The notes beneath the pieces are model-generated. The model did not search any database. It was not told where the DNA came from and saw only the letters and a program-made list of their open reading frames with translations. Source: Promethearchaeota archaeon Loki_b31 (GTDB lineage: Archaea; Asgardarchaeota; Lokiarchaeia; Sigyniarchaeales; SOKP01). Taken from it: a DNA stretch of 48,315 nucleotides. The DNA lies in contig NJBI01000024.1 in assembly GCA_005222975.1 (NCBI GenBank), forward strand, positions 1-48,315, in the 5' to 3' direction. The position numbers and the translations under genes were made by a program. Below are positions 44,854 through 48,315 of this stretch, one piece after another; within the stretch, counting starts at the first letter, position 1, and each line of letters starts with the position of its first letter.

Positions 44854-45663
44854 ATGAGTAGTGAACAACAGCATTTTAAAGTTTCTAAACATAAAGAGCA
44901 TTTATATGTAATTAAAGAAAACATCTCTATTGTCCATCCCGTTTATACAAATGATCCTTTGAATATGTACTTGATTTTAGGGTCTCATTCTGCCCTTTTA
45001 GTTGATACAGGGTGTGGTCTTTTTCCCTTAAAACCTTTAGTAGAGAGTTTGATCCAGAACAGAAAATTAATAGTTATAAATACACATACTCATTGGGACC
45101 ATATTTTGGGTAATGAAGAATTTGGAGAGGTTTATGTTCATGAAAATGAAGCAAAAATGATTTCTAAGCATTATAATGTATCTTATTTTAAAGATTCTCC
45201 TAATGATATTGTAAAGATATATGAAGAACAAAATTTTTTAATTCCTCCCGCAAAAGTAATTAAAACTTTAAAAGATGGAGACCTTTTTACCTTAGGTGAA
45301 ATAGATGTAAAAGTTCTGCATTGTCCCGGACATTCTCCGGGATCTATTTGTCTTTTAACATCTAAAGGCGAACTTTTTACTAGTGATGTAGCTTATTATG
45401 GGGATCAATTCCTACCTAGACTAGATAAATTCCCCCAAGTTCTTGATACTCTTTCAAAATTGATAAAGCTATGCAAAAATCAAGGAATTGTTGAGATATA
45501 TCCTTCACATAGACAATATCCTTGTGATAAAACTCTTTTAACAGATCTTTATAATGGTATTGAAAATATAGAAAATCTATGGGATACTAAGAAGGTATTT
45601 GATTTTTTTGAAGCGTGGCAGATTGATGACGATAAATTTAGATACTATATTTCTAGAGAATAA
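44854..45663 (+). CDS. MBL-fold metallo-hydrolase
   Basis: Motifs VDTG, THTHWDH, PGHSPGS, FTSD and YPSH. Confidence 0.9.
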   Translation: MSSEQQHFKVSKHKEHLYVIKENISIVHPVYTNDPLNMYLILGSHSALLVDTGCGLFPLKPLVESLIQNRKLIVINTHTHWDHILGNEEFGEVYVHENEAKMISKHYNVSYFKDSPNDIVKIYEEQNFLIPPAKVIKTLKDGDLFTLGEIDVKVLHCPGHSPGSICLLTSKGELFTSDVAYYGDQFLPRLDKFPQVLDTLSKLIKLCKNQGIVEIYPSHRQYPCDKTLLTDLYNGIENIENLWDTKKVFDFFEAWQIDDDKFRYYISRE

Positions 45664-45716
45664 AACATTTAAAATGACATAAAGCTAAAAGCTTAACATT
45701 TTCTATAGATTATTTT

Positions 45717-46076
45717 CTAATTTTCTAAATATGATGATATTTTCTCAAACCTAAACTTATAAATTCTAATCCAAGTATTTAGTTCTTCTTGAGTTAATAA
45801 ATGAAATTCAAACGGGTGACTAAGCGGTAATCCGGCATTTTCTTCAATTTCTGCGATTAATTCTGCTCGTTTCAAGTGCTTTTTAGGGACATCTGCAATT
45901 ATCAATATATCTATATCACTCCCAGCAACTAGATCTCCTTTAAGTATACTCCCAAATAAATAAATTTGAGAATCATTTAATATAGTCTTTATACTGCTTT
46001 CAATTTTTTTTAAATATTTTTTGTTATTTTTAATCATATCATTCGTTCTTATCATCATCTCTAACATTTTCGACAA
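45717..46076 (-). CDS. Minimal nucleotidyltransferase (MNT), antitoxin of a HEPN-MNT pair
   Basis: YLFGSILKG...SDIDILI (GS-x10-DxD). Overlaps the HEPN gene. Confidence 0.88.
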   Translation of the reverse strand: MSKMLEMMIRTNDMIKNNKKYLKKIESSIKTILNDSQIYLFGSILKGDLVAGSDIDILIIADVPKKHLKRAELIAEIEENAGLPLSHPFEFHLLTQEELNTWIRIYKFRFEKISSYLEN

Positions 46077-46431
46077 GTTCTTTTACCTCTACTGCAATTT
46101 TTAAAGCTTCTTTAGCATCTTCTTTCTCATAAACAAAGCTAAAATATCTAGAGTTTAAATATGCACTTTCGAGAAATATTAAGGCTTTTCTATCGTATTT
46201 GAATACCTTATCTTTAGTCAATTGATACAATAATCCAAATAACTTCCTGATTGAATGTGTTTTGGGAACTTCACCACCTTTTTCTAGAATTATAGCTTTT
46301 ATAAAAAGTTGAACAGATTGCTCTGCCATGAAACAAGTTAAATCCCAATCTTCTTTCTGAAATCTCTCTTTAGCTCCATCCAAAAAATTTCTAGCTCGTT
46401 TTAGAAAAAGCTCGATTTCTTCCTTATGCAT
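46039..46431 (-). CDS. HEPN domain protein
   Basis: Motifs CFMAEQSVQLFIKA, PKTHSI and YLNSRY. Confidence 0.88.
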   Translation of the reverse strand: MHKEEIELFLKRARNFLDGAKERFQKEDWDLTCFMAEQSVQLFIKAIILEKGGEVPKTHSIRKLFGLLYQLTKDKVFKYDRKALIFLESAYLNSRYFSFVYEKEDAKEALKIAVEVKELVENVRDDDKNE

Positions 46432-46520
46432 ATATAATAATTTTGTTTTTTTAACTATATATGTTTACTTCATATTGAGGTTTATTATTACTAATTTCAA
46501 TGATTAAAAAAAAAGGTGTT

Positions 46521-46823
46521 TTAGTGTCCGTCTTGGACTCCTAAAACGACTAAGTTTTCAAGACATTTTATGCCTCTTATTTCATCAGCTTCTATAAAGA
46601 TAAAATCATTCTTTTTCAGTTTAAATTCTCCTGCCTTGTTTGTAAATATTCCCGAACCATCCAAAACTAGAAAGAAAACAGCGTAAGGTTCTGGGTGGGG
46701 TTCTATTTCCAGTCCTTTTTCTAAACAAATGCGAACTATGTTAAACTTCTTTTTTGATTTAACGATTCTCTTTAAAGCCGGCTTTTCTAATAAAAATTCT
46801 AAATTTTTTAAAAAATCTGCCAT
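46521..46823 (-). CDS. Cupin domain protein
   Basis: PHPEPYAVFFLVLDGSG...FIFIEADEIRG beta-barrel pattern. The metal ligands are only partly kept. Confidence 0.75.
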   Translation of the reverse strand: MADFLKNLEFLLEKPALKRIVKSKKKFNIVRICLEKGLEIEPHPEPYAVFFLVLDGSGIFTNKAGEFKLKKNDFIFIEADEIRGIKCLENLVVLGVQDGH

Positions 46824-46825
46824 AA

Positions 46826-47647
46826 TTACAACACCTTTGATGCTTCTATATTTTTTTTCATCATTCTCATTTTTTTCTTTGTTTTTCCCGTTTCTGCCAA
46901 CCTCTTAGGCATGGTTATTTTATGTAACATATAACCTGCAATAAATAATACAACAACCCACATGGTTAACAAGACGATATCAAATTGATACGCAAAGAAA
47001 TTGCTTCCGTCTACGCAAAATCTTAATAAGTCCGTTAGAAAGGTTATTGGTGAAATAAAGGATAAAAATAATAAATAAGGGGGCAAACCATGAAGAGGAA
47101 TAAAAATGCCGCTCACAAATAGTATAGGAAACTTAATAAGATTCATAATAATCATCACATTAGAAGTCATATCTGTAGGATATGCTGCAACTAATACCCC
47201 CAATAGCGATCCTAAGATTGACATTAAACCAATCCCTAAAAACATTAAAAAGATCGTTGCAATTGAATTAAACACAATTGAAAACAATAGGATAAAGATA
47301 ATGGTTATTATTGATGTAATTATTAGCGTGTATAGAGTCGAAGCGATGACTATCCCTAATAAAATTTCGTTTAATGAAATCGGAGAGACTAAAATTCTTT
47401 CTAACGATTTTTCACGAGTTTCAATTGGTAAAACAACGGGACTAATTGCTGTTGCTGTGAAAAAAGAAGTCATAGATACAATTCCAATAAATACGTGATT
47501 TATAGGGATGGCTCTACCAATAGCCCAAGAAAGCGTCATGAAGAAAGGAAATAACAAGCCAAAAATTAAAACTGGACCTCTTTTTATGTAGAGCAAGATG
47601 TTTTTCTTACTTAATATCCAAATTCTATTAAGACTATCGTTTATCAT
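46826..47647 (-). CDS. ABC-2 type transporter permease
   Basis: About 6 TM helices, ETREKSLERILVSP, FVSGIFIP and SPITF. Confidence 0.9.
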   Translation of the reverse strand: MINDSLNRIWILSKKNILLYIKRGPVLIFGLLFPFFMTLSWAIGRAIPINHVFIGIVSMTSFFTATAISPVVLPIETREKSLERILVSPISLNEILLGIVIASTLYTLIITSIITIIFILLFSIVFNSIATIFLMFLGIGLMSILGSLLGVLVAAYPTDMTSNVMIIMNLIKFPILFVSGIFIPLHGLPPYLLFLSFISPITFLTDLLRFCVDGSNFFAYQFDIVLLTMWVVVLFIAGYMLHKITMPKRLAETGKTKKKMRMMKKNIEASKVL

Positions 47648-48315
47648 TTTTCTAATCCTCGAATAGAAATTGAATCTTCTTTTATTAAATGGATAAACAC
47701 TTCTTCTAACGACGTTTCTTTCACTTTAAAATCAGAAATCTCTAAGTTATTTTCTTTAGAATAATTATATAACTTAGATATATCTTTTAAAACATCGTAG
47801 CTAGATATAGAGTAATATTCGTTTTTTTCCTTAATGCTATCGAATGTACCCATCAAGGAAGTTTTTTGATCGTTAGATAAAATTCCATCAATTTTAAATA
47901 GGATCGTAGAAGTAGATTTAAATCGTTCGCGAATATTATCAGGACTTTCATCAGCAATGATCTTTCCTCTATTCATAATTAAAATTCTATCGCAAATGGT
48001 TTCTGCTTCTTGCATATCGTGAGTAGTAATTAAGATCGTTTTACCTTCCTTTTTCAATTGAAGAATGCGGTTTCTCATTAATTTAACGGAAATTGGATCT
48101 AAACCACTTGTAGGCTCGTCAAGAATTAGAATAGATGGCTCGTGAAGTAACGCTAAACAAAAATTAAGACGCTGTTTTAGCCCTTTTGATAGCGCTTTTG
48201 TTTTAGAATGCATTTTATCGATTAAACCAAATTGTTCTAGTAGTTTTTTTGAGCGTTTTTCAATTTTTTCCTTCGGAAAACAATATATACCACCTGAGAA
48301 CTTAAGGTTTTGCCT
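47644..48315 (-). CDS. ABC transporter ATP-binding protein (5' end outside the window)
   Basis: Motifs LSKGLKQR, LILDEPTSGLDP and TTHDM. The frame continues upstream (ENLKFSGGIY...) to the window edge. Confidence 0.93.
   Translation of the reverse strand, partial: RQNLKFSGGIYCFPKEKIEKRSKKLLEQFGLIDKMHSKTKALSKGLKQRLNFCLALLHEPSILILDEPTSGLDPISVKLMRNRILQLKKEGKTILITTHDMQEAETICDRILIMNRGKIIADESPDNIRERFKSTSTILFKIDGILSNDQKTSLMGTFDSIKEKNEYYSISSYDVLKDISKLYNYSKENNLEISDFKVKETSLEEVFIHLIKEDSISIRGLEK

Noticed and set aside
1265-47498. Many short track ORFs antisense to or nested in long genes (e.g. 1265-1468, 5678-6004, 13588-13794, 19538-19846, 23309-23620, 31097-31441, 40948-41343, 47106-47498)
   Set aside because: They overlap well-supported genes and carry no recognisable motifs, so they are treated as shadow ORFs.

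Overview
AT-rich (about 30% GC by eye) archaeal chromosomal window, most likely from an Asgard archaeon of the Lokiarchaeia type. This is inferred from a gelsolin-domain protein, a TFS/RpoM-like Zn ribbon, ADP-forming acyl-CoA synthetases, IorAB, TATA-type promoters and GGAGG/GGTGA ribosome-binding sites. Most of the window is heterotrophic metabolism: tandem glycerophosphodiesterases, hydrolases, HdrD-like Fe-S proteins, iorBA with an ACD, and crotonase/Bcd/EtfAB/SDR. It also carries transporters, an RNase III, a HEPN-MNT pair, a MoxR-VWA pair whose ATPase appears damaged, and a frameshifted TnpB-only IS200/IS605 element with a readable right end. The most striking unexplained feature is at 12.1-16.0 kb. 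Three tiny ORFs (23-26 aa) missing from the ORF track, plus a 95-aa ORF, form a tandem array. Each tiny ORF has its own RBS, a shared A-rich leader and a downstream T-run, and they share an N-x(1-2)-[GA]-Y...[FY]-COOH pattern. The array is transcribed divergently from a 986-aa tandem-wHTH + TPR regulator across a palindromic operator-like site, and lies next to a GNAT/GNAT/ThiF/7TM gene run. It is a candidate archaeal peptide-signalling or RiPP-like system. Other notable items are a candidate structured ncRNA at about 39.37-39.49 kb and a 22-aa module shared by two unrelated ATPases. All product calls come from motif recognition by eye; no searches were run.
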